Shown here: piece after piece, positions 18,904 through 29,625 of the stretch | Layout: each line of letters opens with the position of its first letter | Numbering within the stretch: the first letter of the stretch is position 1 | IMG/VR virus record: IMGVR_UViG_3300021431_000075 | Coordinates: 128,001 to 192,000 of that record | Source: a virus | Taxonomy: Duplodnaviria; Caudoviricetes | Direction: 5' to 3' (one strand) | DNA: 64,000 nucleotides | Translations under genes and position numbers: made by a program | Notes under the pieces: model-generated | Seen by the model: the letters and a program-made list of their open reading frames with translations, nothing else | What the model was told of the DNA's origin: nothing | Databases searched by the model: none

Positions 18904-20502
18904 ATGAAAAAGACAGCGATAGACTTCGAGCGTTTGCTCATGGACTTCTTATCGACCAAGCCGAATGACGGTTCCATCATCGAAACTCTTCTTATGAACC
19001 AGGGAATCGTCATAAAGGATGGTGAATTTGTCCGTTCAAAGAAAAATGCCAAAAACATAAACATAGAAAAGACAAAACGCCAATTCAATCCGGGCGACGT
19101 CATCATAAACGTTTCTGATATAGCACAGATTCCATACCGAGTGACCGGCTATGACAGAGACATGATTCTTGCAAAAAACATCCGAACCGGAAAGAGTTGT
19201 TCATTTCCTGACACTGCTCCACTACGAAACTGGCTTATAACGGATGCAACAAGAGGCGACATCCTTGTATGCAAGAACACTGTGTTCATGTACAAGAATC
19301 TTGCATGGGATTTCAGGACAGACAAAACAAAAGTGATGTACATCTGCATGACACTTCTCACTGAAATAGAATATCATGACAACTTCCAGTTTCCATCCGA
19401 AGAATCACACATCGGATTCGTTGAACTGGACAAATTCAGATTCGCGACAGACGATGAATGCAATTTCCTTATCGAAGAAGCCAAGAAACACGGTTACGAA
19501 CTGACATCCGACCACCGCGGTTTCACACATACAAGCGTGAAATATCCAGCAGGAACATGGATTGTCGACGATAGCGGCAACAAAACAGTGTACAAGGTCA
19601 TCGACTTCTACAAAGACAACTACTTGCTTATGACTGTCGATGAAAAAATAGTCTGGAAAGAAAATGCTTACATCAGCAAACAACAAAACATACACAGATG
19701 GTCTATTGCGGATGCGAAACGCGGAGATGTCTTGCATATCAAAAAAGACAAAACAACGAATTATGAATATCTCGTAATTTTTGAAACGTATCTCAATCAA
19801 TTCTTTGCCAAATGCCCGGTCATATACTGCTTGAGCACAAATGACTTTAATTGTCTGCCGTCAAATCCGTTGTCATCAGACAACATCGAACCTGCAACAA
19901 CAAACCAGTCAAAATATTTGTTCTCTCTTATGGAACAGAAAGGAATCGATTTGAAAGACGTCCTGCAACCAGAGAAACAAGAAGCCGACAGCAAGCATTC
20001 CGTTGAAACAAATTCACAAGAATGGAATATTGAAAATGCCAATGAAAATGACATAATCCTGATTTCCGGATACAAACATTTTTATAATTCGGAACCATTG
20101 GACTGGATAGCAAGAATCAAAGAAATCAACAAAGGGATTCTGCGCACATCTGCTCTCAACAAGCAAAAGGGCAAGTTGTTCGATAACATTTCATTCGGAA
20201 TAACAGACAGAAATAGCTATGACTATATCAGGCTTGCTAATGCAGATGAAGTACTTATGTTCTATAATGCACAAAGGAAGAATGCAGTATCATCAAGACA
20301 AGAATACAATGAAAAGATTCTTGCGTTGATTAAGTCTTTTCTTGCTGAAAATCCAGACATAAGGTTCAATCAACTGATTGCAGATATGAATTCTGATGCA
20401 TCAGAAGATGTGTTTGCAGAAGAGCCAAAAACAACATACGAAAGATTCAAAAAATATATAGAAAAAACAAAAGAACAAAAACATCATTATGTCAACAACT
20501 GA
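18904..20502 (+). CDS. modular repeat-family protein (3 modules)
   Basis: IDFER N-terminus; NWLITDATRGD, RWSIADAKRGD, EWNIENANEND; C-terminal NPDIRFNQL domain. Confidence 0.85.
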   Translation: MKKTAIDFERLLMDFLSTKPNDGSIIETLLMNQGIVIKDGEFVRSKKNAKNINIEKTKRQFNPGDVIINVSDIAQIPYRVTGYDRDMILAKNIRTGKSCSFPDTAPLRNWLITDATRGDILVCKNTVFMYKNLAWDFRTDKTKVMYICMTLLTEIEYHDNFQFPSEESHIGFVELDKFRFATDDECNFLIEEAKKHGYELTSDHRGFTHTSVKYPAGTWIVDDSGNKTVYKVIDFYKDNYLLMTVDEKIVWKENAYISKQQNIHRWSIADAKRGDVLHIKKDKTTNYEYLVIFETYLNQFFAKCPVIYCLSTNDFNCLPSNPLSSDNIEPATTNQSKYLFSLMEQKGIDLKDVLQPEKQEADSKHSVETNSQEWNIENANENDIILISGYKHFYNSEPLDWIARIKEINKGILRTSALNKQKGKLFDNISFGITDRNSYDYIRLANADEVLMFYNAQRKNAVSSRQEYNEKILALIKSFLAENPDIRFNQLIADMNSDASEDVFAEEPKTTYERFKKYIEKTKEQKHHYVNN

Positions 20503-20839
20503 AAATTTGCAAATATACGACCTTTTGGTCGAACACTTCGGTAGCAGACAGAATATAGTCTCATCATGCGACAGCAAAAGAGGCATGTGCTTCTATTATC
20601 CACCAATAATGGAAAAACTTGATTTCGTATGTGTGTTTCCATCTAACGAAAAAGACATCGACATTGAATTGCAGAAAGCAATCGATGAACTAAATGAAAT
20701 ATATCCAAACACGGAATGCGTCGAACTCTGTCACATCGGCGAAAACAGAATTGTCAATCTTCGTTCAGACTCTCCTGCAAACATTGAAGCATTAACAAAG
20801 TTCGTGGAAGACATGAAGTCAAAACAAGAAACAGCATAA
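20489..20839 (+). CDS. hypothetical protein
   Basis: 116-aa coupled ORF. Confidence 0.7.
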   Translation: MSTTENLQIYDLLVEHFGSRQNIVSSCDSKRGMCFYYPPIMEKLDFVCVFPSNEKDIDIELQKAIDELNEIYPNTECVELCHIGENRIVNLRSDSPANIEALTKFVEDMKSKQETA

Positions 20840-20936
20840 CAGTTGGACCGGCGAAGTAATAAAAACTGAACCATATGAAGACTTCATCAACAATCTTGAA
20901 GAGAAAGAAATCGACTAAGTTGCACTAACAACATCA

Positions 20937-20969
20937 AAAAGAGACTGGAAACTACAGTCTCTTTTTTTT
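20937..20969 (+). terminator. intrinsic terminator
   Basis: aaaagagactg-gaaacta-cagtctctttttttt; similar to the 17560 terminator. Confidence 0.8.
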
Positions 20970-21086
20970 ATTTAAATGATTTTGTTTGTTAAATATTCTT
21001 AAAATATAAAAGAAAAACATTCAAAATATTTTTCAAATAAGAAGATTTTTCTATATTTGCAAAATCAAATTAAAAAAGTTCAAAAA

Positions 21087-21527
21087 ATGATGAAACAGAC
21101 AAGAAACAAAAAACCATATACGACCCTGGAACAATCAAAATTACTTTCCGGAGTTCTTTCTGATGAATCAGCCGACAATTACTGGAGTCTTGTAGATGCT
21201 GACTCAAAACGGTGGGAAATCAAGAACTATCCGTATTCAAGAGTCAAAGTTCCAAAATTTTCATACAACAAAATTAGTGATGTAATCATTCCGTGCTGGT
21301 CAATCGTTCCATTGATGAACTCTCTGAAACCAGAAATAAAACTGGAAAACGGTCAAACAATCTTCTTACACTTCAACAAAGATATATCCAATGAAGGAAT
21401 CGAAATCTATGTTATCAGGTACACAAACAGTTGGACCGGCGAAGTAATAAAAACTGAACCATATGAAGACTTCATCAACAGTCTTGTTGAAATCATTTTG
21501 AAACTGCATGAAAAAAATTTAATTTAA
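21087..21527 (+). CDS. hypothetical protein, paralog of 12805..13200
   Basis: YTTLEQSKLL...ADNYW...PCWSI; preceded by TATATTTGC near 21052-21060. Confidence 0.75.
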   Translation: MMKQTRNKKPYTTLEQSKLLSGVLSDESADNYWSLVDADSKRWEIKNYPYSRVKVPKFSYNKISDVIIPCWSIVPLMNSLKPEIKLENGQTIFLHFNKDISNEGIEIYVIRYTNSWTGEVIKTEPYEDFINSLVEIILKLHEKNLI

Positions 21528-21560
21528 TTATTCAAATTATTCACATAAAAATTAAAAAAT

Positions 21561-21980
21561 ATGCCAAATCAATCAATAGAAAAAAGTGCATTAATCGCTA
21601 TCATAGAAAACAATATCAAGTACACACCAGTAGAGTACGGTTCCAAATGGAAAGAGGGATACAAGAGAGCATGCTCCGACATGCTTGCTTACATCCAGTC
21701 TGTTCAAACTACATCAACAGTGGAAGATGTTCCAAAGAACAGCAACATGCTTGATGAGGATGCGCTTGACATAGCAATCAGGCTTATTGAAAACAACGGA
21801 AACGACTGTGCCGGAATCCTTGACAAAGAAAGAGCACTCAACTGGCTTAAATCCCTGAATCCAAACTCGTGTTGCTGGAAACCATCACTGCAGCAAATAA
21901 ACAAATTGAATGAGATCAGTCAATCTTTAAACGAATCGAAAGAGTTAATAGATTCAATCATTAATCGAATTCCAAAATAA
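21561..21980 (+). CDS. hypothetical protein (IEKSALIA N-tag, WLKSL and WKPS motifs)
   Basis: Shares short motifs with repeat-family proteins. Confidence 0.75.
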   Translation: MPNQSIEKSALIAIIENNIKYTPVEYGSKWKEGYKRACSDMLAYIQSVQTTSTVEDVPKNSNMLDEDALDIAIRLIENNGNDCAGILDKERALNWLKSLNPNSCCWKPSLQQINKLNEISQSLNESKELIDSIINRIPK

Positions 21981-21988
21981 CTGAAAAT

Positions 21989-22408
21989 ATGAGAATTATA
22001 AAGCATAGAGGAAAGAAACTATCAGGCATTGGATGGATTTATGGCAACCTTGTTACAAAAGTGGTTGACAACGAAACAAAAGCATTCATTTGCTTCTTCG
22101 GCTGGTTGACAGTCCCGAAAGATGAAATAACTTCAATCCCTGTCAATCCAGAGACAGTCGAACAGTTCATAGGCATCTATGATAAAAACGGAAAGGAGAT
22201 ATACGAAGGCGATATTCTTGCACGCGAAGGAATCAAGCAGACACATTATTACAAAGTCTGGTGGAACCCTGCAAGATACACTTTCTATATAGGAAACTCT
22301 CCAATCGACGCATATGGCATAAAAGACGACTGTCTGATTGACTACTATGTTTCAGGCTGCATCCATGAGAACCCGGAACTTCTTGGCATAAACAATAATG
22401 AATTATAA
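21989..22408 (+). CDS. YopX-family protein
   Basis: MRIIKHRGK, WIYG, ETVEQFIGIYDKNGKEIYEGDI, GCIHENPELL. Confidence 0.85.
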   Translation: MRIIKHRGKKLSGIGWIYGNLVTKVVDNETKAFICFFGWLTVPKDEITSIPVNPETVEQFIGIYDKNGKEIYEGDILAREGIKQTHYYKVWWNPARYTFYIGNSPIDAYGIKDDCLIDYYVSGCIHENPELLGINNNEL

Positions 22409-22419
22409 TAAAAAAAGCA

Positions 22420-22812
22420 ATGAACGCAATAGTTAAAATTAAAGACTTTCTGACACAAAGACTCGCAGTTTTAGAAAATAAAACGAACAAGAATTATGAC
22501 ATGCTTGGAACCATGTCACTCGGTTGTGTCATCGAAGAGCTCAAAAATGTACAAAAATTCGTTAACAGCATCGATGACAAGTCAGCTTATCTTTATGAAT
22601 GGCACAAGCAGAGCGAGAACGATGTCACAATGACAGCAGACTGGGAAATCCGTCGTTTTGTATGCATCATGAAAAACGGTTCTGTAAAGCAACTGGACGT
22701 TTATCTTGATGAATCATTCGACGGCTCAATCAGCATGCACTACGAATTCGAGAACGATGAATCGCTTGACACAGATGATATCGTTCTCTGGACAGAAAAA
22801 CCAAAGCAATGA
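22420..22812 (+). CDS. hypothetical protein
   Basis: 130-aa ORF in operon. Confidence 0.7.
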   Translation: MNAIVKIKDFLTQRLAVLENKTNKNYDMLGTMSLGCVIEELKNVQKFVNSIDDKSAYLYEWHKQSENDVTMTADWEIRRFVCIMKNGSVKQLDVYLDESFDGSISMHYEFENDESLDTDDIVLWTEKPKQ

Positions 22813-22874
22813 AAGTGAAATCCAGTTATCAACATCAATGTCAATCCGAAACTAATTAAAAACAATAATGAACT

Positions 22875-23249
22875 ATGACATGCGAAGAAATCAATCTATA
22901 TAATGATCTTGATACCAAGTTCAATAAAGCTGCGGAAAGAGCAGTTCAAATTCTCAAGAAATCAAGAAAAAGAGAAAATGAAGGAATTGCAGAAGCCAGT
23001 GAATTCAAAATCTATGATGACGAAGTCTACTGGAAAGGAGTCATAAGCTGCCGAGGCGAACAAGAAAGCGTCGATGGTTTCTTTCCGATTGATTATCTCT
23101 CAATGACTGATAAAGAACTTGAAGAAGCAGTCAAAAAAGAAAATGAAGAATATGAGCGTTTTCTCAACAATAAAGAAAAGGAAAAACAAGAGAGAGAGAA
23201 AAACAAACGTCGTGAAATGTACGAAAAACTCAAAAAAGAGTTCGGTTAA
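22875..23249 (+). CDS. hypothetical protein with C-terminal coiled coil
   Basis: Ends ...REMYEKLKKEFG, a common phage C-terminal pattern. Confidence 0.75.
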   Translation: MTCEEINLYNDLDTKFNKAAERAVQILKKSRKRENEGIAEASEFKIYDDEVYWKGVISCRGEQESVDGFFPIDYLSMTDKELEEAVKKENEEYERFLNNKEKEKQEREKNKRREMYEKLKKEFG

Positions 23250-23366
23250 TTGCCATTTAAGCTAAATAAAGTTAAAAACTAAAACTTTTATCTCAATGCA
23301 CTTTTATAGAAGAAAAAAATTCTCTATATTTGTGCATTGAATTTATTTTAAATAAAAATAACAACA

Positions 23367-26138
23367 ATGGAAACGAACTCGAACAACTCAAACAAAAACT
23401 CATTACAGAAACTGGAAGAGTGGATCAGCAATTTCAGAAAAACGGCAACCGGACCGAAGGTGCAGGTATTTGATGCAGCAGCTGACAAACTGCTCGACTT
23501 GATATACTTTCTCGACAAATCGTTTGCAAATAACAGCAATGAAACAGAAAACAACGGCTCGGAAAAACTGAAAAATATGGGAGAAGTATCCGACGGCTAC
23601 CATACGTTCAACGAACTGTACTATTACAGGATGCTCTACAATGCCGCTTTCTTCAACCTGCTTCCGAAGGACATGGTCCATAAGAGCAAGAGGCACCATA
23701 CAGGAGAAGAATGCTTCGGCGGCGGATGGTTCATCGTTATGGCAAATCTTCCGACTGGTCAGATAAGCAATCACTATGAACTCAAGGACTGGGACCTATT
23801 CCAGATTCCAGAAAAGGAATGCGCTGACGAATGGGACGGACACACTCCGCAGCAGGCGGCAGAAAAACTGCACGAGTACCTGCTCATGACACAGGATAAG
23901 AAATACAATCTTTCCTCCGAATCAACAGTTCAGGAAAATCAGACAGAATATAAAGTCGGGGACTGGGTCGTTTTCGATCACACCACAAATGTAATCACTG
24001 AGCTACCCAAGAACGGATACGTAAACGTCGAGATTAGAAGATATGCACATGCCGGTTCGAAAACTCTAATAACACAGCATGTACCGATTACGTACATTCA
24101 CAAATGGACTCTTGACGATGCCCGTCCCGGAGACGTGCTTACACTTGAAACAGAGAACCAGAAATGGACGTTCATCTACAACAAAATCGTAAAGAAATCG
24201 GCAGATCTTCCGTTCGACACGCTGAAATACTATGCACTATTAACGGAAGAAGAATTCCTTGATAATGGAGTGGCAAGTCTGTGTGAAGATTGCAGATCCG
24301 AAAATTTCCGCCCGGCAACACAGGTAGAACAGGACATATTCTTCTCTGAAATGAAAGAATCTGGATACGAGTGGGACTGGGTGAATCGTGAGGTGAAAAA
24401 GACTGTTGAAACATCCGCCGATGCAGTGAACACAAAAACAGAGAAGCATAAGCCATTGTTCGAAATCGGCGACTGGGTTGTTCATGACTTGACCACTGGT
24501 GTTCCTGCAATCCGCAAAATCATCGACATGACTAACAAGTCGTATGTTCTCGACGGCGATTGCTTCAACAGCTTCTATTTCAAAGACTTGGAAGAGTCGT
24601 TCCGTCTCTGGACTATTGAAGATGCGCGTCCGGGCGATATTCTTGCAGCACACGAATGCTATGTAATGTTCAAGGAAATCGACGGTCTGAACATAAGATG
24701 CTTCTGCACTTATCACTATATGAATCACCAGTCGTTCTACTTGAACACACTGCAGAACAAGACAGCATTCCATCCAGCAACAGAAGAAGAATGCAAGGAA
24801 ATGCTATCGAAAATGAAAGAAGAAGGATATGCATTTGATTCAGTGCATAATGACTTGATTAAAATTCAGAATGGCACTCCGGATGAAAGCAAAGAACCCG
24901 ATGACGAGACAATACGAAAAACTCTCATCAATCTTGTCAGATGCAATGAGAGAAGCGGTTATACACTGCTTGACAATGTCAAGACAAGTGCAATGATTGA
25001 ATGGCTTGAAAAGCAGAAAGAAACCAACACAAAATCATCTATTGCATTGTCCATTATGAACTTTCTGGACAAAAACACACAGAAAATGTGTCTGTCCAAT
25101 ATGGAATGCGAAGATTTGGAAAATGCAGTCAACAATTCAGACTGGGCTAAAGTCTATCGCTACATGAAGAAGAAACTTGAACCGAAAGACAGCAAGCCGG
25201 CAATGGAATCACAAAAAGAGTCCGCTGCCAATAACAGCAAGATAAAGCCAAAATTCAAGGAAGGCTCTTATGCAGTTTCCGATATAGACAAGAAAGCAAG
25301 ACTCGTTTCAGAAGTCCATTGCGATGAAACAAACTGCTACTATCTGATCAACGGATTAGTGTATGACATCGAAGCTTATGACAAACTGCATCACAACTGG
25401 TCTATTAATGATGCACACACTGGAGATATTCTTGTTGCATCCGATAACTCTGTTTTCATCTTCAACGGAATCAAAGACAACCATGCATTGTATTATGCTG
25501 CAATGACAATGGACGGCTTTGTTCAGATAAGCGACGGCATGCATGCATGGGAAGATGTTCAAGGCTGCCATCCGGCAACAAGAAAACAGTGTCAGTTATT
25601 ATTCGAGTTAATGTACCGAATCGGCTATACCTGGGATGAAACAGCAAAAATGCCGATAAAGTCATCAACAGATAACCGTTCTGCATGCAAAGCATTGTGC
25701 AACATCGGAGACTGGATTGCAACAAAGCAGCATTATGCACTGAAAATCATAGGCATCACAACAGACGAATATATCACATCAGAAAATTCGGATGGAGATG
25801 AAATCGAATCATCGGAAGAAATAGAATTTGTTGACAGAAACTACCACATCTGGACCATCGATGATGCAAGAAACGGAGATATCCTTGCAAACAAAGACAG
25901 GATATTCATTTTCAGGAAAAGCGATCATACCAAGCCGACCAAGGATATTCGCTCTTATTGTCACTATGATATAGAAACAGACTCATTTGAAGAAGATGAT
26001 GAATTCTTTACGCTTCCGCTTGGTATGAAAGTTCAACCGGCAACAGCAGAACAATATAATACATTCTTCAAGAAGATGAAAGAATCTGGTTACGATTGGG
26101 ACGAAACGATAAAAGAACTGAACAAACTCGAAGATTAG
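23367..26138 (+). CDS. modular repeat-family protein (4 modules) with N-terminal WDGH-type domain
   Basis: SDGYHTFNELYYYR...GGWFIV...GQISNHY...WDGHT, then four W-DA-GD modules. Confidence 0.9.
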   Translation: METNSNNSNKNSLQKLEEWISNFRKTATGPKVQVFDAAADKLLDLIYFLDKSFANNSNETENNGSEKLKNMGEVSDGYHTFNELYYYRMLYNAAFFNLLPKDMVHKSKRHHTGEECFGGGWFIVMANLPTGQISNHYELKDWDLFQIPEKECADEWDGHTPQQAAEKLHEYLLMTQDKKYNLSSESTVQENQTEYKVGDWVVFDHTTNVITELPKNGYVNVEIRRYAHAGSKTLITQHVPITYIHKWTLDDARPGDVLTLETENQKWTFIYNKIVKKSADLPFDTLKYYALLTEEEFLDNGVASLCEDCRSENFRPATQVEQDIFFSEMKESGYEWDWVNREVKKTVETSADAVNTKTEKHKPLFEIGDWVVHDLTTGVPAIRKIIDMTNKSYVLDGDCFNSFYFKDLEESFRLWTIEDARPGDILAAHECYVMFKEIDGLNIRCFCTYHYMNHQSFYLNTLQNKTAFHPATEEECKEMLSKMKEEGYAFDSVHNDLIKIQNGTPDESKEPDDETIRKTLINLVRCNERSGYTLLDNVKTSAMIEWLEKQKETNTKSSIALSIMNFLDKNTQKMCLSNMECEDLENAVNNSDWAKVYRYMKKKLEPKDSKPAMESQKESAANNSKIKPKFKEGSYAVSDIDKKARLVSEVHCDETNCYYLINGLVYDIEAYDKLHHNWSINDAHTGDILVASDNSVFIFNGIKDNHALYYAAMTMDGFVQISDGMHAWEDVQGCHPATRKQCQLLFELMYRIGYTWDETAKMPIKSSTDNRSACKALCNIGDWIATKQHYALKIIGITTDEYITSENSDGDEIESSEEIEFVDRNYHIWTIDDARNGDILANKDRIFIFRKSDHTKPTKDIRSYCHYDIETDSFEEDDEFFTLPLGMKVQPATAEQYNTFFKKMKESGYDWDETIKELNKLED

Positions 26139-26143
26139 CGATT

Positions 26144-28465
26144 ATGGACAATAAACTAAAATTCAATATCGGCGACTATATCGCAAATGACTATTGCTTC
26201 GGAAAAGTGATAGAAATCACAGATGATGCTTATCTGTTGGACACCGGACAGGGAATCCCGTTCTCTTGTGAGCATAATGCACATATCTGGACCATCACCG
26301 ATGCGAAAGATGGGGATGTGCTTGCAGATGAATACGGCACGATAATCATGTACCATTCTATGTGTTCGGTTGGCAATGCAAACGTACACTGCTGCATAGA
26401 GAACGGGAAATTCATTGCCAGAAACATCGGAGTGTTCGAAACCGAGAACTTCCATCCAGCGACAATAGAGCAGACAGAATTGATGTTATCCAAGATGAAA
26501 GAATCTGGATATGAGTGGAATGCCGAGAAGAAAGAACTGAAACCAATTAGCAAACCAAAATTCAATGCCGGAGACTGGGTTATAGACAACCTTGGTTTTG
26601 TCTGGAAAATCGAATCCATTGAACAAAATCTATATCACATTTGCGATTCCGAAGGCGTTGAGTCATTACCTGATATAGTTTGGGCAGACAATCATTTCCG
26701 TCTTTGGAGCATCACTGATGCAAAAGACGGTGATGTGCTTATTGAAGATTCTTGCATTTTTATTATTCAAAAATTGGGTGATAATAGTAATGCTGCGAAA
26801 ACATATTGTACATTACATGATGATGGCGATTTTGTTGACGGTTCAATATTATATTTTGATATAGATAGTACTAAACCAGCCACCAAAGAACAGCGTGACA
26901 TCTTAATCCAAAAGATGCATGAAGCCGGCTATGAGTGGGATGAAGAGAAAAAAGAGATTAAGAATGTAAAAATGGAAAGTGAGATTATTGAAAAGTTCAT
27001 AGTTGGAAAATGGTATACATGCGTAAAGGATTTCTTTGACAAGAGTGTCCATTTCGACAAAGGAACCGCATATTTTTGTTCAGGAGAAGAAAGGCTGGAA
27101 GCAGAAGACGGAAATCATGTCTGGATTCCTGAGAACTCGTACAGCAACTTCAAGCTCTGGAGCATTTCTGATGCAAAGAAAGGCGACATACTTGTACATA
27201 ATGATTGTACATTTATCTTTATGGGAATCAAGGACGGCATAGTACAAGCTATCGAGGAGAATATGCTTGAACCTATATCTTTTGGCGAACCGGACAAAGA
27301 CAATGATTATCATCCAGCCACCAAAGAGCAATGCGAATCGCTGTGCCGGAAAATTGCGGAAGCCGGTTACACTTGGAATCAGGAAAAGAAGAAAATAGAG
27401 AAGATTGGAGAAACTCCTGATGAAAACAAAGAGTTGAAACCGATTGACAAACCAAGATTCAATGTCGGAGACTGGGTTATAGACAACCTTGGTTTTGTCT
27501 GGAAAATCGAATCCATTGAACAAAGTTTATATCACATTTGCGATTCAGAAGGCGTTGAGTCGTTACCTGATATAGATTGGGTGAACAATCATTTCCGTCT
27601 TTGGAGCATCCAAGATGCAAAAAAAGGTGATATACTTTTTCAAGATTTAATGGGTGGATTTACATTTATTTTTGATGGATTCGACTCAGAAATGGCAATA
27701 TTGTATTCTTTTATTATAAGTAATGATGGCGAAGATGTTTTGCCATATCATATAGGGAAACCAAATACAGGTATAGGATATGTTGAAGAAGCAGGCATTA
27801 TCTACCCAGCCACCAAAGAACAACGTGCGTTGATATTTCAAAAAATTGCGGAAGCCGGTTACACTTGGAATCAGGAAAAGAAGAAAATAGAGAAGATTGG
27901 AGAAACTCCTGATGAAAACAAAATCCAGCCGAAGTTCAAGGCAGGGGATGTGATAGTCCATAAACTGTCGATGAAGATGGGTTCATCATCTTGGGTTTCT
28001 GGAAAAATCGAGAAAATAGAAGGTGATAGATACATCTTCACAGACGGTTCTTATTTCTTCATCAAGGAACAAGACGAATGGGCTTTCTTTGAACATATGC
28101 CGACAGAAAATACAATCAAGCCGAAGTTCAAGGCAGGGGACTGCATTGTTCATTCTACATGGAAAGACATATATCCACATTCATCTTGCGGAACAATCAA
28201 GGAAGTCAAGGATGACAGATATATCTTCGAAGACGGTAGTTATATCAAGATGTGTGACCAAGACTTATGGGAGTTGTCAAAACCAAAAGATGACGACTGC
28301 AGCAACAAATCATCCGACAACGGTCTGCGTTATGCATTGTCAATCCTTGAGCAGTCTCTCGGAATCGTTCCGGGCTATCAGACAAATGACGGCTTATTAA
28401 AGCACAAGCAGGCAATTGCCGCTGTGAAGAATGCATTGAAGCAGAAGTCATCACAATCTGACTGA
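26144..28465 (+). CDS. modular repeat-family protein (4 modules plus two KFKAGD domains)
   Basis: Start MDNKLKF at 26144; contains internal near-identical duplications. Confidence 0.9.
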   Translation: MDNKLKFNIGDYIANDYCFGKVIEITDDAYLLDTGQGIPFSCEHNAHIWTITDAKDGDVLADEYGTIIMYHSMCSVGNANVHCCIENGKFIARNIGVFETENFHPATIEQTELMLSKMKESGYEWNAEKKELKPISKPKFNAGDWVIDNLGFVWKIESIEQNLYHICDSEGVESLPDIVWADNHFRLWSITDAKDGDVLIEDSCIFIIQKLGDNSNAAKTYCTLHDDGDFVDGSILYFDIDSTKPATKEQRDILIQKMHEAGYEWDEEKKEIKNVKMESEIIEKFIVGKWYTCVKDFFDKSVHFDKGTAYFCSGEERLEAEDGNHVWIPENSYSNFKLWSISDAKKGDILVHNDCTFIFMGIKDGIVQAIEENMLEPISFGEPDKDNDYHPATKEQCESLCRKIAEAGYTWNQEKKKIEKIGETPDENKELKPIDKPRFNVGDWVIDNLGFVWKIESIEQSLYHICDSEGVESLPDIDWVNNHFRLWSIQDAKKGDILFQDLMGGFTFIFDGFDSEMAILYSFIISNDGEDVLPYHIGKPNTGIGYVEEAGIIYPATKEQRALIFQKIAEAGYTWNQEKKKIEKIGETPDENKIQPKFKAGDVIVHKLSMKMGSSSWVSGKIEKIEGDRYIFTDGSYFFIKEQDEWAFFEHMPTENTIKPKFKAGDCIVHSTWKDIYPHSSCGTIKEVKDDRYIFEDGSYIKMCDQDLWELSKPKDDDCSNKSSDNGLRYALSILEQSLGIVPGYQTNDGLLKHKQAIAAVKNALKQKSSQSD

Positions 28466-28523
28466 TAAAACTGTCTTTTGTCTATTATATTCAAAAAAAC
28501 CACAAACAAAATCAACAACAAAA

Positions 28524-29612
28524 ATGGAAAACTTTAATGTGAACCTCGAAGAATTAGTCTCAGACTATAATTCAAACACATCTTCAAAAGATGCAACAAT
28601 AAACGACATGCTTGAACACAATAACTTCATGTGCGAAAACCCGTATAATCCAACAGGTTCAATCACAAGAAAGTATGACATCAAGAAAAGCGACTACATA
28701 TTCAATGAAGATTTCAAGGAAACGTTTCTCGTGACTGATGAAAATAATATGTTCATCACTGCAAAAAACATCAAGACCGGAGAAGTCAGCAGGTTCCTGA
28801 AAACATGCAAGACAATTCAACAATGCCCGGTTATTCCGAACACAATACACACATGGTCAATCAAGGATGCGAAAGCATTTGATGTGATAGCAACAGACAA
28901 TTTCGTTTTCATGTTCAAGCAGATGAATGAGTATACCGGCGCAGTGTTTTGCTATTGTGCGGCTCTACTTTCCAGAATCAACCAGAATGACGAAAACGCT
29001 TTCATGATTCCTGCTAAGAATGCAGTCATCGGAACATCAGAACACACGTCTTATCGACCAGCTACGGAAGAAGAGACAAAATATCTCTTGGATGAACTCG
29101 ACATGCACGGTTTGGAAATGAACTATGACAAGAACTATTTAACATGGAATGATAAAAACCATGAGAATTCCTCGATAATACACAGATGGATTATCGATGC
29201 AAAAACAAACGAATTATTCAGAGTTGCCAGTTTCTACAAAGACGAATTCACGATTGAGCATAAAAACGGAAGCACATTCAAGAAAGACGCAGAACTTGTA
29301 AGAACTCTTCTGAAGAACAACGAGTACAGGCGCTGGGATTTTTTAAATGCAACTATAAATGTCGGAGATGTCTTTGTCCAAACACACGGCAATGACGAAT
29401 GGCTTTATATGGCGACAGAACTCGTTGGTTCGAAAATGACATTTGTTGAATTTTATGCAAATACAGGAAAATTTGCAAAGAAAGAATGGCATTTATCTCC
29501 GGAGAACTATAACAAATTAGGTTATGCAATCGATCCGGCTACAGACTTCCAAAAAGAACAGATGATTTCTCTGATGAAAGACAGCGGTTATAAAGTTCCA
29601 GAACAAATTTAA
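28524..29612 (+). CDS. modular repeat-family protein
   Basis: TWSIKDAKAFD...RPATEEE; second degenerate module ending DPATDFQ; similar to 17709..18755. Confidence 0.85.
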   Translation: MENFNVNLEELVSDYNSNTSSKDATINDMLEHNNFMCENPYNPTGSITRKYDIKKSDYIFNEDFKETFLVTDENNMFITAKNIKTGEVSRFLKTCKTIQQCPVIPNTIHTWSIKDAKAFDVIATDNFVFMFKQMNEYTGAVFCYCAALLSRINQNDENAFMIPAKNAVIGTSEHTSYRPATEEETKYLLDELDMHGLEMNYDKNYLTWNDKNHENSSIIHRWIIDAKTNELFRVASFYKDEFTIEHKNGSTFKKDAELVRTLLKNNEYRRWDFLNATINVGDVFVQTHGNDEWLYMATELVGSKMTFVEFYANTGKFAKKEWHLSPENYNKLGYAIDPATDFQKEQMISLMKDSGYKVPEQI

Positions 29613-29625
29613 ATCGATTTGATTT

